A stretch of DNA of 64,000 nt from Candidatus Bathyarchaeia archaeon (GTDB lineage Archaea > Thermoproteota > Bathyarchaeia > Bathyarchaeales > Bathycorpusculaceae), in assembly GCA_049521795.1 (NCBI GenBank), contig JBEKOM010000001.1, positions 1 through 64,000 of the forward strand. Reading direction: 5' to 3'. The notes beneath the pieces were generated by a model. It did not search any database and was not told the origin of the DNA. It saw only the letters and a list, made by a program, of their open reading frames with translations. How positions within the stretch are numbered: position 1 is the first letter of the stretch; each line of letters opens with the position of its first letter. The position numbers were made by a program, and so were the translations under genes. This document shows, one piece after another, positions 20,553 through 30,804 of this stretch.

Positions 20553-20874
20553 CGGCAAAACGGGTGAAAACGTGGAGGAGCTCGGCCTACCAGACCTAAC
20601 GAGCGAACAGGTCGAGCAACTGTGCTTAACGGCAGAAGAAGCAGCGAGGAAGCACGTTCTAAGACGGGTCCCATCAAAAAAGATAGAAACCCTGAACATA
20701 AGCGCTGAAGCAGACCACGCAAAGCCCCTGAGACTAGCGGTCGACGTAGACATCCAGCTGTCAACAGACGCAGAAAGTCTTAACGTACAAAAAATCGCTG
20801 ACGAAGCCGTGAAAGAAGCATTCGCTTCAGCTGAAAAATACCTGAGGGAACTGGCTTGTCATACGCGGAAATAG
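20545..20874 (+). CDS. Conserved archaeal protein (DUF3194-like)
   Basis: GLPDLT..Q...AEEAARK pattern; usual position between pfdB and DHH. Confidence 0.6.
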   Translation: MPSGKTGENVEELGLPDLTSEQVEQLCLTAEEAARKHVLRRVPSKKIETLNISAEADHAKPLRLAVDVDIQLSTDAESLNVQKIADEAVKEAFASAEKYLRELACHTRK

Positions 20875-21851
20875 CCAAACTCTTAGAAACACTGAATGCA
20901 AAACTAGTCGTTCTTCTATGCCACCACAACGCTGACCCGGACGCAATCTGCTCCTCGTACGCCTTCGCAAGCCTGCTCAAACAGACACGCCCACAAACAG
21001 AAATCGAGGTCGGAGCCTCCCAAGGAATAAGCCGACTCTCAAGACATCTTCTACAATACTTACCCATAAACGTTAAGCCACAACCCAGCGTCGAGAAAGC
21101 AGACGTAATCGTGCTGCTCGACACCAACACGATCCAGCAGTTGGACACCCTCTCCGAAAAAGTGAAAGACTCAAAAGCGCCAATCATAGTGATCGACCAT
21201 CACGCAAGCCACCCCGAAACAGAAAGCCTCGCAAAAATCTGCATAACCAACGAAGAATCATCATCAACATGCGAAATCATCTACAATTTCTACAAGGAAA
21301 CCGGCATAAAGCCCGGCGAAACCGAAGCCAAAGCACTGTTCCTGGGCATAACATTCGACACGCGACACTTCGTCCTGGCCAGCTCAACCACGCTGAAAAA
21401 CATCGCAGAACTCATCGACGCCGGCGTAAACGCACAGGAAACCTTGCCGATGCTCTCCCTGCCGATGGACTTCTCCGAACGGGTAGCAAGACTCAAGGCC
21501 TCGCGAAGAACCAAACTCTTCAAGATCAACGAATGGATAATAGCCCTCTCCAACGTCAGCGCCTACGAAGCCTCAGCAGCCCGAGCTCTCATCGAACTGG
21601 GCGCCCACGTCGCAGCCGTAGCAGGGACAAAAAACGGCAAGATCGAAATCAGCCTGCGCAGCTCCCTTGAGTTCTACAAGCAGACCAGCATACACTTGGG
21701 AAGAGACATAGCGAAACCGCTGGGCGAACACCTCAACGGCATGGGAGGAGGACACGCCACGGCCGCCGGAGTGAACGGCGAGGGAGACATAGAGATCGGG
21801 CTTAAATGGTGCTTTTCCCTACTTAAAGAAAGGCTGGATAGCCACAATTAA
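20856..21851 (+). CDS. DHH-family phosphoesterase (NrnA-like)
   Basis: HHNADPD, LLD, IDHH, GGGH motifs. Confidence 0.92.
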   Translation: MSYAEIAKLLETLNAKLVVLLCHHNADPDAICSSYAFASLLKQTRPQTEIEVGASQGISRLSRHLLQYLPINVKPQPSVEKADVIVLLDTNTIQQLDTLSEKVKDSKAPIIVIDHHASHPETESLAKICITNEESSSTCEIIYNFYKETGIKPGETEAKALFLGITFDTRHFVLASSTTLKNIAELIDAGVNAQETLPMLSLPMDFSERVARLKASRRTKLFKINEWIIALSNVSAYEASAARALIELGAHVAAVAGTKNGKIEISLRSSLEFYKQTSIHLGRDIAKPLGEHLNGMGGGHATAAGVNGEGDIEIGLKWCFSLLKERLDSHN

Positions 21852-21865
21852 GTAGCTACTCTTAA

Positions 21866-22759
21866 ATGAGCCGAAAACCCGCTTCAAGCCAGGCAGGCAT
21901 CGGTTCTATGGTCCTCATCGAAACAAAAGAACTTACGTACACGTACCCAGGCGCAACAAGACACTCCATCGAAGACATCTCCATAAGAATAGAGAAAGGC
22001 GAGTTCACACTGATCACCGGACCAAGCGGCTGCGGAAAAACAACCCTCTGCCGATGCTTCAACGGCCTAATCCCCCACTTCTACCAAGGCGAAATCAAAG
22101 GCCAAGTTTTTCTCGCCGGACTGAACGTTGCTGACCACCAGATCTATGAACTGGCTAAACACGCGGGGCTCGTCTTCCAAAACCCGGAGAACCAGCTCTT
22201 CGCACTTTCCGTCGAAAAAGACGTGGCGTTTGGGCTTGAAAACCTAGGAGTCCCAAGGGAAGAAATTCGCAAAAAAGTAGACTGGGCCCTGGAGTTAACA
22301 GGGATCTACGATCTGAGGGAGAGAGCTCCACACGAGCTTTCAGGCGGACAGCAACAACGCGTTGCCATAGCCTCCGTCCTTGCGATGCAGCCTGAAGTGA
22401 TAGTCCTAGATGAACCGACCTCCTTCCTCGACCCCTTGAGCGCAAGAAGAATATTCGAGACGATCCACCAGCTGAACAAAACTCTGGGAATAACAGTCGT
22501 ACTGGTGGAACACAGACTCGACTTGACAGCCAGGTTTACGAACCACATAATCATAATGAACGAAGGAAAGGTCGTCTCCGACGGCGACCCCCACGATATT
22601 CTACAGTCGGAAGAAACACGTCTGATCGGAGTTGGAATTCCAAAGGCAACGCGCCTCTATCAGTTGCTACGAAAAGCCGGAGTTGAACTGGGCAACACGC
22701 TTCCGCTGTCTTCGGAAGAAATGGCAAAGATGATCCAGGAGGCTCTCAAGACCAGATGA
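21866..22759 (+). CDS. ECF transporter ATPase (EcfA)
   Basis: GPSGCGKT, FQNPENQ, LSGGQ, LDEP. Likely start 21908. Confidence 0.92.
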   Translation: MSRKPASSQAGIGSMVLIETKELTYTYPGATRHSIEDISIRIEKGEFTLITGPSGCGKTTLCRCFNGLIPHFYQGEIKGQVFLAGLNVADHQIYELAKHAGLVFQNPENQLFALSVEKDVAFGLENLGVPREEIRKKVDWALELTGIYDLRERAPHELSGGQQQRVAIASVLAMQPEVIVLDEPTSFLDPLSARRIFETIHQLNKTLGITVVLVEHRLDLTARFTNHIIIMNEGKVVSDGDPHDILQSEETRLIGVGIPKATRLYQLLRKAGVELGNTLPLSSEEMAKMIQEALKTR

Positions 22760-23580
22760 TCGAAGTGAATGACATCCACTTCACGTACCCAAACGCTGTG
22801 GAAGCATTGAAGGGCGTATCCTTAAGGATTGAAAACGGCGATTTCTTGGCAATCATGGGGCAGAACGGCGCTGGCAAGACGACACTTGTGAAGCATTTCA
22901 ATGGTTTACTCAAACCAAATCAAGGAAGTGTGCTCGTTGACGGCGTTGACACTGCAAAAACAAGCGTGGCAAAGCTTTCTCGAAACGTCGGCTTCGTCTT
23001 CCAAAACCCAGATCATCAGCTCTTCAGTGAAACAGTGGAAGAAGAAATTGCCTTCGCGCTGAGAAATTTCGGGTTTGACGAAAACACAACTGAAAAAAGG
23101 ATAACCTGGGCCCTTAACCTTCTAGGCCTGACCCAGTACAGAAAAACCTCTCCCTTCATGCTCAGCGGCGGAGAAAGAAAACGTGTGGCCTTGGCCTCAG
23201 TGTTAGCCTGGGACCCTGAAACGCTGATACTGGACGAGCCAACGATAGGACAGGATTATGAGCAGAAGGAGAAACTGAGACAGTTCATCATGCAAATGAA
23301 AACTCAGAAGAAAACAACGATCATCGTTACGCATGATGTCGAGTTTGTGGCTGAATGCAACCCAAGAGTTGTGCTGATGCTGGATGGAAAAATCATCGCT
23401 GACGGCGAGGCTGGAAGAATCCTGACCGAAGCGGAAACGTTGGAACGAGCATCAATCGTGCCGCCGCAAATAGCGCAAATTTTCTTGGACCTGCCTGGTC
23501 TAGGTCTTCCGAAGAACGTGATCGACGTTTACGAAGCTCAGAGAATCCTCCTTCAGATTCTGGAGAAACGCGCAACATGA
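22756..23580 (+). CDS. ECF transporter ATPase (EcfA')
   Basis: GQNGAGKT, FQNPDHQ, LSGGE, LDEP. Confidence 0.92.
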   Translation: MIEVNDIHFTYPNAVEALKGVSLRIENGDFLAIMGQNGAGKTTLVKHFNGLLKPNQGSVLVDGVDTAKTSVAKLSRNVGFVFQNPDHQLFSETVEEEIAFALRNFGFDENTTEKRITWALNLLGLTQYRKTSPFMLSGGERKRVALASVLAWDPETLILDEPTIGQDYEQKEKLRQFIMQMKTQKKTTIIVTHDVEFVAECNPRVVLMLDGKIIADGEAGRILTEAETLERASIVPPQIAQIFLDLPGLGLPKNVIDVYEAQRILLQILEKRAT

Positions 23581-24404
23581 GCGTTTTCACCGGGCTCAAG
23601 TTTCGAAAAATCTACTCACCCATCCACAACCTGGACCCGAGAATAAAGTTTCTCTACGTTTGCGCAATCTTCGTCGCTGCGATCATGTTTTGGGAGTTAT
23701 TACCTCTAATCGTGCTCTTCCTGATCCAAGTCCCATTTGTAATTATTGCAGGCGTCAGACGCGAGTGGCTACGCTCAATGCGCGGAGCAGCCTTCTTGGC
23801 CACCGTGATTTTCCTCACAAACTTCATCTTCTCATTCATCGGAGCCGGCTACACGGTCGTACCTAAGAACGTCGAAGGGGCCGTTGCCCTGACTCTCCGC
23901 TTCGTAGTGCTTGTTGAGTCATTCTCCGTCTTCTTCCTGACGACCTCGCCTGACCACTTGGGTCTAGCGTTGGAACAGACACACGTACCTTACGAGTTCG
24001 TCTTCGCCTTCACAACCGCAGTGCGTTTTGTCCCGGTGCTGGCTGAGGAGGCACAGACAATCATGGACGCCCAAAAAGCAAGAGGACTGGAGCTTGAACG
24101 CGGAAACTTTCTGAAAAGGATTAGAAACTACATTCCGGTCCTGATACCGCTGATCGTAAGCGCGATACGTAGAAGCTTGGAATTGGCCGAAGCCATGGAA
24201 TCCCGCGCTTGGGGAGCCACAAAAAACCGCACCAACCTCTACGTGCTCAGAATGCACAGGGGCGATTTCATCCTCATAATCCTAACGATCATAATTTTGG
24301 TATCAGCAGTGTACGTTCGCTTATTCGTAGGAATTCCATCAGTATACGACCTCCTAAGAAGAACTCTTGAAGTTACAAAGCTTTCAATCTTAACTCTTGC
24401 GTGA
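23577..24404 (+). CDS. ecfT: ECF transporter transmembrane component T
   Basis: LDPRIK, AQKARG, AMESR conserved Arg motifs. Confidence 0.92.
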   Translation: MSVFTGLKFRKIYSPIHNLDPRIKFLYVCAIFVAAIMFWELLPLIVLFLIQVPFVIIAGVRREWLRSMRGAAFLATVIFLTNFIFSFIGAGYTVVPKNVEGAVALTLRFVVLVESFSVFFLTTSPDHLGLALEQTHVPYEFVFAFTTAVRFVPVLAEEAQTIMDAQKARGLELERGNFLKRIRNYIPVLIPLIVSAIRRSLELAEAMESRAWGATKNRTNLYVLRMHRGDFILIILTIIILVSAVYVRLFVGIPSVYDLLRRTLEVTKLSILTLA

Positions 24405-24555
24405 AGGCCGTTTCGATTAACGAACCAGTTGAAACGGTTGAAAGCAGCAGAGGAGAGAGCGCCGTCGGCCTACATGAACCGCGAGGAAGACCTGAAGCAC
24501 AGACACACGACGACAGAAGAAAAACTCGAAACGTCGCATCAAACCACACTAAGCT

Positions 24556-24879
24556 CTATTCCTTTGCGGTCTTCTTCGCATAGTTCTCTCTGACTTTCTC
24601 TGCAAGCTTGCCATCTCTGACGATGAAAGCTCCGCGATATCCACAGTTCCTGCATTCCCAGATGGACCAAAGATGCGGCAGGCCAGAAGCCCAGTAGATG
24701 TTTGTTGAACCACACTGTGGACAAAACAACATGCCTCGCCTGTAACCAGTCCGTTTTGGCTTGATCTCTTGTCCACCGTCATGGGCACACTTGAGCCTCT
24801 TTCTCTGCCTTCTGAGCAATCTTCGCTTTGGCAGCTTTGGCCTTCGCACGCGCTCAGCATCCTTTGTGACCCCACTCAT
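24556..24879 (-). CDS. Small Zn-ribbon protein
   Basis: CPQCGS...WECRNCGYRG. Start uncertain. Confidence 0.7.
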   Translation of the reverse strand: MSGVTKDAERVRRPKLPKRRLLRRQRKRLKCAHDGGQEIKPKRTGYRRGMLFCPQCGSTNIYWASGLPHLWSIWECRNCGYRGAFIVRDGKLAEKVRENYAKKTAKE

Positions 24880-25028
24880 CCAAGGCCCTCATAGCAACAC
24901 GTAAGCTCTGCTTCTATTAAGGCTGACCTGCGTTAAGTGCGCTAAGGATTAGACGTGCATATAACTTATTAAGACTCACTACACAATACATATTCAACAC
25001 CACTATAGACTGTAAACCCAAAAGGGCA

Positions 25029-26597
25029 GTGAAAACTACGACAGAACAGGCAAAGCCTTCAAACAGTCGAACGGAAGCGCCACCAGGCTTCATCATAGAA
25101 AGCCAAGTAAAGAAGCTGGCTGTCTTCAGAGAGGCCTATCCAATACAAGAACCATACGTGTACGCGGCAATTATCAAAGACCCAGAAACTCAGAAAGTAC
25201 GCTACGAAATCATGGAGCCAACGCTTCAAGAAGAGGAAGAGAAACAACTGAAAGAGCTAAAGAGCTTGTTAATGCAGGAAGTTGACGTTAACTCGAATGA
25301 AATAGAAACTAAAGAGAAAGCAATAGATTACCTTAGAGAAAGGACGAAGGGAATAGTAAAGAAGTACAGAATGAAGATCGTGCCAGAAGCAATCGACAAG
25401 CTGGTTTACTACATAGTAAGGGACTTCATAGGCTATGGAAGAATCGACCCTCTAATGAAGGACCATTTCATTGAAGACATATCCGCCGACGGAGTGAACA
25501 TACCGCTCTATGTCTGGCACAGAATGTACGAATCAATACCAACAAACATCATATTCAAAGAAGAATCAGAACTGGACTCATTCATAGTTCGTATGGCGTA
25601 CCTGTCTGGAAAGAACGTTTCCATTGCATCACCAATGCTAGACGCTTCGCTTCCGGACGGCAGCAGAATTCAGCTAACATACGGAAAAGAGGTCACAAGA
25701 AGAGGGTCAACGTTCACTATTCGACGCTTCAGGGTAGACCCGTTGACAATCTCAGACCTAATCGCTTTCAACACCATTTCTTCGGAAATGGCCGCATACC
25801 TGTGGTACATAATAGAAAACAGAGCCTCAGTGCTCGTGGCGGGCGGTGTAGCCTCTGGAAAAACAACCATGCTCAATTGCCTATCAATGTTCATAAAACC
25901 TGAAATGAAAGTAGTGAGCGTAGAAGACACGCAAGAACTCAATCTCCCACACGAAAACTGGATACCATCAGTTGTAAGGTCAGGCTTTGGACACGAAGAC
26001 AAGAGAAGCGGTACGATAACCCTGTTCGATCTCCTGAAAGCTGCTGTTAGACAAAGACCCGACTACATCATCGTCGGCGAGGTTCGCGGAGACGAGGCAT
26101 ACACCCTCTTTCAAGCAATGGCAACAGGACACCTGGGAATGTCCACAATACATGCAGAATCGGTTGAAGCTACCATAAACCGGCTTGAATCTGAACCGAT
26201 GAACATTCCGAAACCACTTATCGCAATGACAAGCGTCATCATGATCATGACCAGAACAGAGATTGACGGAAGACCAGCAAGAAGAGCCAGCACAACCGCA
26301 GAACTCGTTGAACTGAACCCTGAGAAGAGCAATATTTCAACGAAAGAGGTGTTCAGTTGGAATCCCAAGTTTGACAAGTTCTCATCCCTCGGCAACAGCG
26401 TCTTACTAGAGAGACACATGAACAAGTTGGGAATCAATCAAGAAGATGTTAGACGCGAGCTGAACCGAAGACAGATGGTTCTGGACTGGGCGACCCGTGA
26501 AGGCATTCGACGACACGCCGACGTTGCAAACGTAATCAGAGAGTATTACGCTAATCCAGAGAGGGTTTTCCAAAAAGCCAGAGTTGGCCTCAAATGA
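25029..26597 (+). CDS. Type IV pilus / type II-IV secretion ATPase (FlaI/TadA family)
   Basis: IEDIS, GGVASGKT, VEDTQE, RQRPDYIIVGEVRG, TGH. Confidence 0.95.
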   Translation: MKTTTEQAKPSNSRTEAPPGFIIESQVKKLAVFREAYPIQEPYVYAAIIKDPETQKVRYEIMEPTLQEEEEKQLKELKSLLMQEVDVNSNEIETKEKAIDYLRERTKGIVKKYRMKIVPEAIDKLVYYIVRDFIGYGRIDPLMKDHFIEDISADGVNIPLYVWHRMYESIPTNIIFKEESELDSFIVRMAYLSGKNVSIASPMLDASLPDGSRIQLTYGKEVTRRGSTFTIRRFRVDPLTISDLIAFNTISSEMAAYLWYIIENRASVLVAGGVASGKTTMLNCLSMFIKPEMKVVSVEDTQELNLPHENWIPSVVRSGFGHEDKRSGTITLFDLLKAAVRQRPDYIIVGEVRGDEAYTLFQAMATGHLGMSTIHAESVEATINRLESEPMNIPKPLIAMTSVIMIMTRTEIDGRPARRASTTAELVELNPEKSNISTKEVFSWNPKFDKFSSLGNSVLLERHMNKLGINQEDVRRELNRRQMVLDWATREGIRRHADVANVIREYYANPERVFQKARVGLK

Positions 26598-27604
26598 AAA
26601 CGGCACACACTCTTTTGGAAAGAGTCAAAACAGTCTTCAACAGGCTCAAAGCAAGATTAAGACCCCCAGCTTTCAGAATGCCCAGTAACACGTCCGATAA
26701 CCCGCAAGCAAAGATCAAGCTGACCCTCGGCAGCCTTCAAACGATAGCCTACGAACTCTTCGGAGAAAAGACAGGACGTATCTTGCCCCTTTTCAAGGAT
26801 CTTGACACAAACTTGCAAAGATCAGGAATGAGGGTCAACTTCAAAGCCTACGTCACGCTGACAATGTTTTGCACGATCTCGCTCTCCCTTGCAATCCTGA
26901 CCGCTGTTCCATGCCTACTCTTCTTTCTACTCAACGTCGCCCTCATACCAGCCATTTTGTTCGGACTAGGTGGCAGCCTCCTAGCAATTGCATTCACAAC
27001 CATAGGATTCTACGGTTACCCCATTTATCGCGCAGACACTACAAAAAGACAGTTAGAAGACGAACTACCATTCACGACGGGGTACATGGCGATCCTCACA
27101 AGCGCAGGCGTTTCTTCGGAGAAGATTTTCAGTTCCCTCGCAGATCTTCCGGTTGATCTAGCCATATCAACGCAGGCCAAAGATGTTGTAAGAGACGTAA
27201 ACCTGTTTGGTCGCGACATCATCTCTGCTCTCGAAGATGCCTCGAAACGAACACCTTCCGAAAGATTCCGCGAGATGATTGAAGGGTTCATCTCGATGAT
27301 TCACTCTGGCGGCAATGTAGCAAGTTACATGCGCGAAAAATCCGCGCAGTACATGAAGCTGAAGAGAATAGGTCTCAAGAAATATGCGGACACCTTGTCA
27401 ATGTTGTCAGAGTTTTACGTAACCATTCTTCTCACAGGCCCCCTCATGCTAGTAATCATGCTGACAGTGATGGACATGCTTGGTAATAGCAGCCTTGGAT
27501 TCCTGAGCCCAGACTTCCTGCTGAGCCTGCTAACGTACGTGGGAATACCGTTAGGCTCTGTAATATTCCTAATTCTCCTTGATGCAACATCACCGAAATG
27601 GTAG
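26594..27604 (+). CDS. Type II secretion system F / TadC-like platform protein
   Basis: ELPF, G.DII.AL, TPS..F, SGG; multiple TM helices. Confidence 0.88.
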   Translation: MKTAHTLLERVKTVFNRLKARLRPPAFRMPSNTSDNPQAKIKLTLGSLQTIAYELFGEKTGRILPLFKDLDTNLQRSGMRVNFKAYVTLTMFCTISLSLAILTAVPCLLFFLLNVALIPAILFGLGGSLLAIAFTTIGFYGYPIYRADTTKRQLEDELPFTTGYMAILTSAGVSSEKIFSSLADLPVDLAISTQAKDVVRDVNLFGRDIISALEDASKRTPSERFREMIEGFISMIHSGGNVASYMREKSAQYMKLKRIGLKKYADTLSMLSEFYVTILLTGPLMLVIMLTVMDMLGNSSLGFLSPDFLLSLLTYVGIPLGSVIFLILLDATSPKW

Positions 27605-28425
27605 TGAAAATGCCAAAAATAGAGACAAAGGTGAAGCAAATCACATGGATCATCTCAGCTGCGCTAGCCATAGCCATATTTGCACTCGGCGTTTTCGTAT
27701 TCTCGGGAACCGTAACATTCGACGAGTCGGTGTTCTTCGCGATCACTGTGAGCATCTTTCCTCCTGCAATCCTGACCTACATTGATTACAGGTGGAGAAA
27801 ATCCATAGATGAACACTTGCCAGACCTGTTCAGAACAATAGTTCAAGCGCAAGAAACAGGCATGACGCTTCCCCAAGCCTTAGAGGAAGCAGCAAAAAGA
27901 AAATATGGACCGCTCACTGCAGAGTTGAGAAAAATGACCGCGCAAATGTCGTGGGGAATGAGTTTTGAAGATGCTCTTGTGGCCCTTGAAAAACGTGTCA
28001 GCACGGTACTAGTGCAAAGAACAGTGCCCATGATAATCGAAGCAAGCCGTTCTGGAGGACACGTTGAAAAAGTCTTTGAACCGATGGGAAAATTCATACA
28101 GACAACCCTTCTACTCGACAAGGAGCGCAGGACTCAAGCAAGACCCTACATAGCAATAGTCTACGTGGCCTTCTTCGTTTTCATCTTCACAATAGTGCTA
28201 CTCTTTAGGTCATTCTTCGTAAGCATAGAACAGTTGCCAACGCTGGGAACAGCGCTTATGGCGCCTGAAGAAATGAAGCGCATGTTCCTCAACATGACAT
28301 TAGTGCAAGCCTTTTTCGGAGGACTTGTAGCTGGGAAAATGGGGGAGGGGACAATCAACGCTGGGTTGAAACACTGTTTAATACTGATGGTCTGCGGTTA
28401 CCTGGCCTTGAAACTCTTCTTGTAG
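27598..28425 (+). CDS. Type II secretion system F / TadC-like platform protein 2
   Basis: LPDLFR, YGPL, GLVAGKMGEG...GLKH. Confidence 0.88.
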   Translation: MVVKMPKIETKVKQITWIISAALAIAIFALGVFVFSGTVTFDESVFFAITVSIFPPAILTYIDYRWRKSIDEHLPDLFRTIVQAQETGMTLPQALEEAAKRKYGPLTAELRKMTAQMSWGMSFEDALVALEKRVSTVLVQRTVPMIIEASRSGGHVEKVFEPMGKFIQTTLLLDKERRTQARPYIAIVYVAFFVFIFTIVLLFRSFFVSIEQLPTLGTALMAPEEMKRMFLNMTLVQAFFGGLVAGKMGEGTINAGLKHCLILMVCGYLALKLFL

Positions 28426-28435
28426 AGGTGAGAAA

Positions 28436-28852
28436 ATGCGGACATTGTTTAAGATCTTCAGGGATAAACGGGGCATAACCCCTGTTCTTAGCAATCTGTT
28501 GCTCACAGTCGTCGCTGTCGCTGCGATGGCGATTGCTACGTCAGCAACCTATGTCATAACGACTAATCTGCGTGAAAACATGAGTGAACGCGTAATCGTG
28601 GAAGATGTATGGTTCAACAACTACACCAACAACATTGGCATTTACGTTCGAAATGTTGGAAAGGTTGCAGTGTACATTACTGCAGTCTATGTCAACCGTA
28701 CGTCTCAATCTTTCACCAACCCTTTCAGGCTGGAAATCAACGAACACCAGTGGCTGAACGTTTCCCAAAACTGGGTTCCAAACAGCCTATACTACATTGA
28801 TGTTTTGACCACAAGGGGGACACATGTTGCTGCTTACTATGAAGCGCCTTAG
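28436..28852 (+). CDS. Archaeal type IV pilin
   Basis: Class III signal peptide DKRG|ITPVLS plus hydrophobic helix; VRNVG and TTRG motifs. Confidence 0.85.
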   Translation: MRTLFKIFRDKRGITPVLSNLLLTVVAVAAMAIATSATYVITTNLRENMSERVIVEDVWFNNYTNNIGIYVRNVGKVAVYITAVYVNRTSQSFTNPFRLEINEHQWLNVSQNWVPNSLYYIDVLTTRGTHVAAYYEAP

Positions 28853-30788
28853 ACATGACAACCGTGGAATAAGCAACGTGATAGTCGTCATGCTAAGCCT
28901 AGTTCTAGTCGTGATCATTGTTTCTAACGTGATCCTGTCGAGTTACCAGATGAATGAATTTGACTGGGAAAGAATGCAAGAAAATGTTGAAATCGTTAAC
29001 GTAGCCAAAATGGACAGTTCTTCCTGGTCAGTAGCTCAAAATGAATATGCCGTTAACGTTGGCAGCCACGTAAGCGGGTCCTATGTGGATACTCAAGCCA
29101 TTGATGGTCGTTACGAAACGTTCATGGAAAGCAATTCTGGGGGAGGTTGGCTAGGAGGCTGGAGCAAACGGATAGGGATCACCATTGACCACAGTAACAT
29201 CGATAATACACTGAACGATTTTCCGGTAATGCTATACCTTAGCAATTCTTCTGGCAGGTTCGGAAATGACGTTTCTTGCGTGTTCGATGAGTTACAAAGT
29301 GCCGGCAACAGGAAGAAAATAGCCATCACAACAAGCGACGGCATAACTCAGTGCTTCGTAGAGATTGAAAAATGGGATGCCACCAACAGAGAAGCGTGGC
29401 TGTGGACAAAGGTTCCTAGTATAAGCAGTTCACAAGACACTCTACTGTACTTGTATTACGACAAGAATCAAGCTGACAACACTGCGCACGTGGGAGATAC
29501 AGGCTCATTGGCTGCCATGAACGTGTGGGACAGCAACTTTAAGCTTGTCATGCATCTAGCTGAGTCTAGCGGGGTCCATCAAGATTCGACTTCGAACAGC
29601 AACGTTGGGGTTCCCCAAGGCGGGGTAACACAGGGTGTTTCCGGCGAAATAGACGGTGCGGACGCGTTTGACGGGACAAATGGCAGAGTTCAGACGCAGG
29701 ACAGTCCAAGCCTCGACTTTACAAACAGCCAACTCACGATCGAAGCATGGGTAAAACTCAGCTCTTTGCCAACCACCGAAACTGTTATTGCAAGAAAGGA
29801 CAATCAGTGGCAGATTGGCTTCATAAACTCACACGCCATCAGAAACTTGGTGAAAACAAACGGTGCGGATGGATGGACAGGGGCGAATGATGAGAATTAT
29901 CCTTTCCAGACGGACACATGGTATTATTGGACTTTTACGTATGATGGCTCACAGATTACGAATATTGAAGATGCTCAGCAAGTAGGCTCAACTCACACAG
30001 TGACTGGAAACATCGTTTACAACTCAGCACCTATTTACCTCGCTTATTGTGTTTATTCAGGAGGCTATTTGAACGGCATCATTGATGAAGTGCGGGTTTC
30101 TAACGTTGCAAGAAGCGACGCTTGGATCAAGGCTAGCTATGAAAGCGATAGAGACAATTTAGTTGTTTATGGTGCACAAGAGGTACAGGGCGGACAATCC
30201 AGTCAGCTAGAAGTTGTCGGAACATTTTCAATCGATTTGGGCGCAATACCTTTCACCTCAATTCAAACTGTTGAAATCCAATTGAAATATCGTGCAAATG
30301 ACTCAGGTGAGAACTGGTATCTGAAGGCCTTTAACTGGACATTGGGGGAATACTCTGATAGCGGCTTCAACTCTACTGCGGGTAATACACCCACTACAGA
30401 CTGGGACAATTACGCTCTCAATTTGACCGACCAGTGGCGGAGCTACGTTACTGACAACGGTATGATCTACGTGAAATTACAAGACGGGCAAATGGATGTT
30501 AATCAGACTTTTGTTGACATTGACTTCTTAGGTGTCAGAGCAGTTGTCGTTGATGGAGCAACGTTTACGTTGCAGAACAAGGGCTCCGTGACTGCTCATC
30601 TGGTTTCTCTGTGGGTAGACAGCACGGCAATCCATCAGAGATATGACATGAACTTGTTCATTATCGCTGGAGATTCAGTCAATTACACTCGCGCCGATAT
30701 AAGCTTGGTTGATGACTCGTCCGTCGTCAAGGTCGTTACTGAAAGAGGAACCGTCTCAGTGTTCAAACCTTCTTGGCAAAACCCCTAG
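28824..30788 (+). CDS. Large pilin/adhesin with DUF2341-like and LamG (concanavalin-like) domains
   Basis: DNRG|ISNVIV class III signal; EIEKW...WLWTKVP...YLYY; TIEAWVK...GIIDEVRVS...WIKASY; pilin-like C-terminus QNKG...VTERG. Confidence 0.82.
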   Translation: MLLLTMKRLRHDNRGISNVIVVMLSLVLVVIIVSNVILSSYQMNEFDWERMQENVEIVNVAKMDSSSWSVAQNEYAVNVGSHVSGSYVDTQAIDGRYETFMESNSGGGWLGGWSKRIGITIDHSNIDNTLNDFPVMLYLSNSSGRFGNDVSCVFDELQSAGNRKKIAITTSDGITQCFVEIEKWDATNREAWLWTKVPSISSSQDTLLYLYYDKNQADNTAHVGDTGSLAAMNVWDSNFKLVMHLAESSGVHQDSTSNSNVGVPQGGVTQGVSGEIDGADAFDGTNGRVQTQDSPSLDFTNSQLTIEAWVKLSSLPTTETVIARKDNQWQIGFINSHAIRNLVKTNGADGWTGANDENYPFQTDTWYYWTFTYDGSQITNIEDAQQVGSTHTVTGNIVYNSAPIYLAYCVYSGGYLNGIIDEVRVSNVARSDAWIKASYESDRDNLVVYGAQEVQGGQSSQLEVVGTFSIDLGAIPFTSIQTVEIQLKYRANDSGENWYLKAFNWTLGEYSDSGFNSTAGNTPTTDWDNYALNLTDQWRSYVTDNGMIYVKLQDGQMDVNQTFVDIDFLGVRAVVVDGATFTLQNKGSVTAHLVSLWVDSTAIHQRYDMNLFIIAGDSVNYTRADISLVDDSSVVKVVTERGTVSVFKPSWQNP

Positions 30789-30804
30789 TTTCAGTTTAAC
30801 ACTT

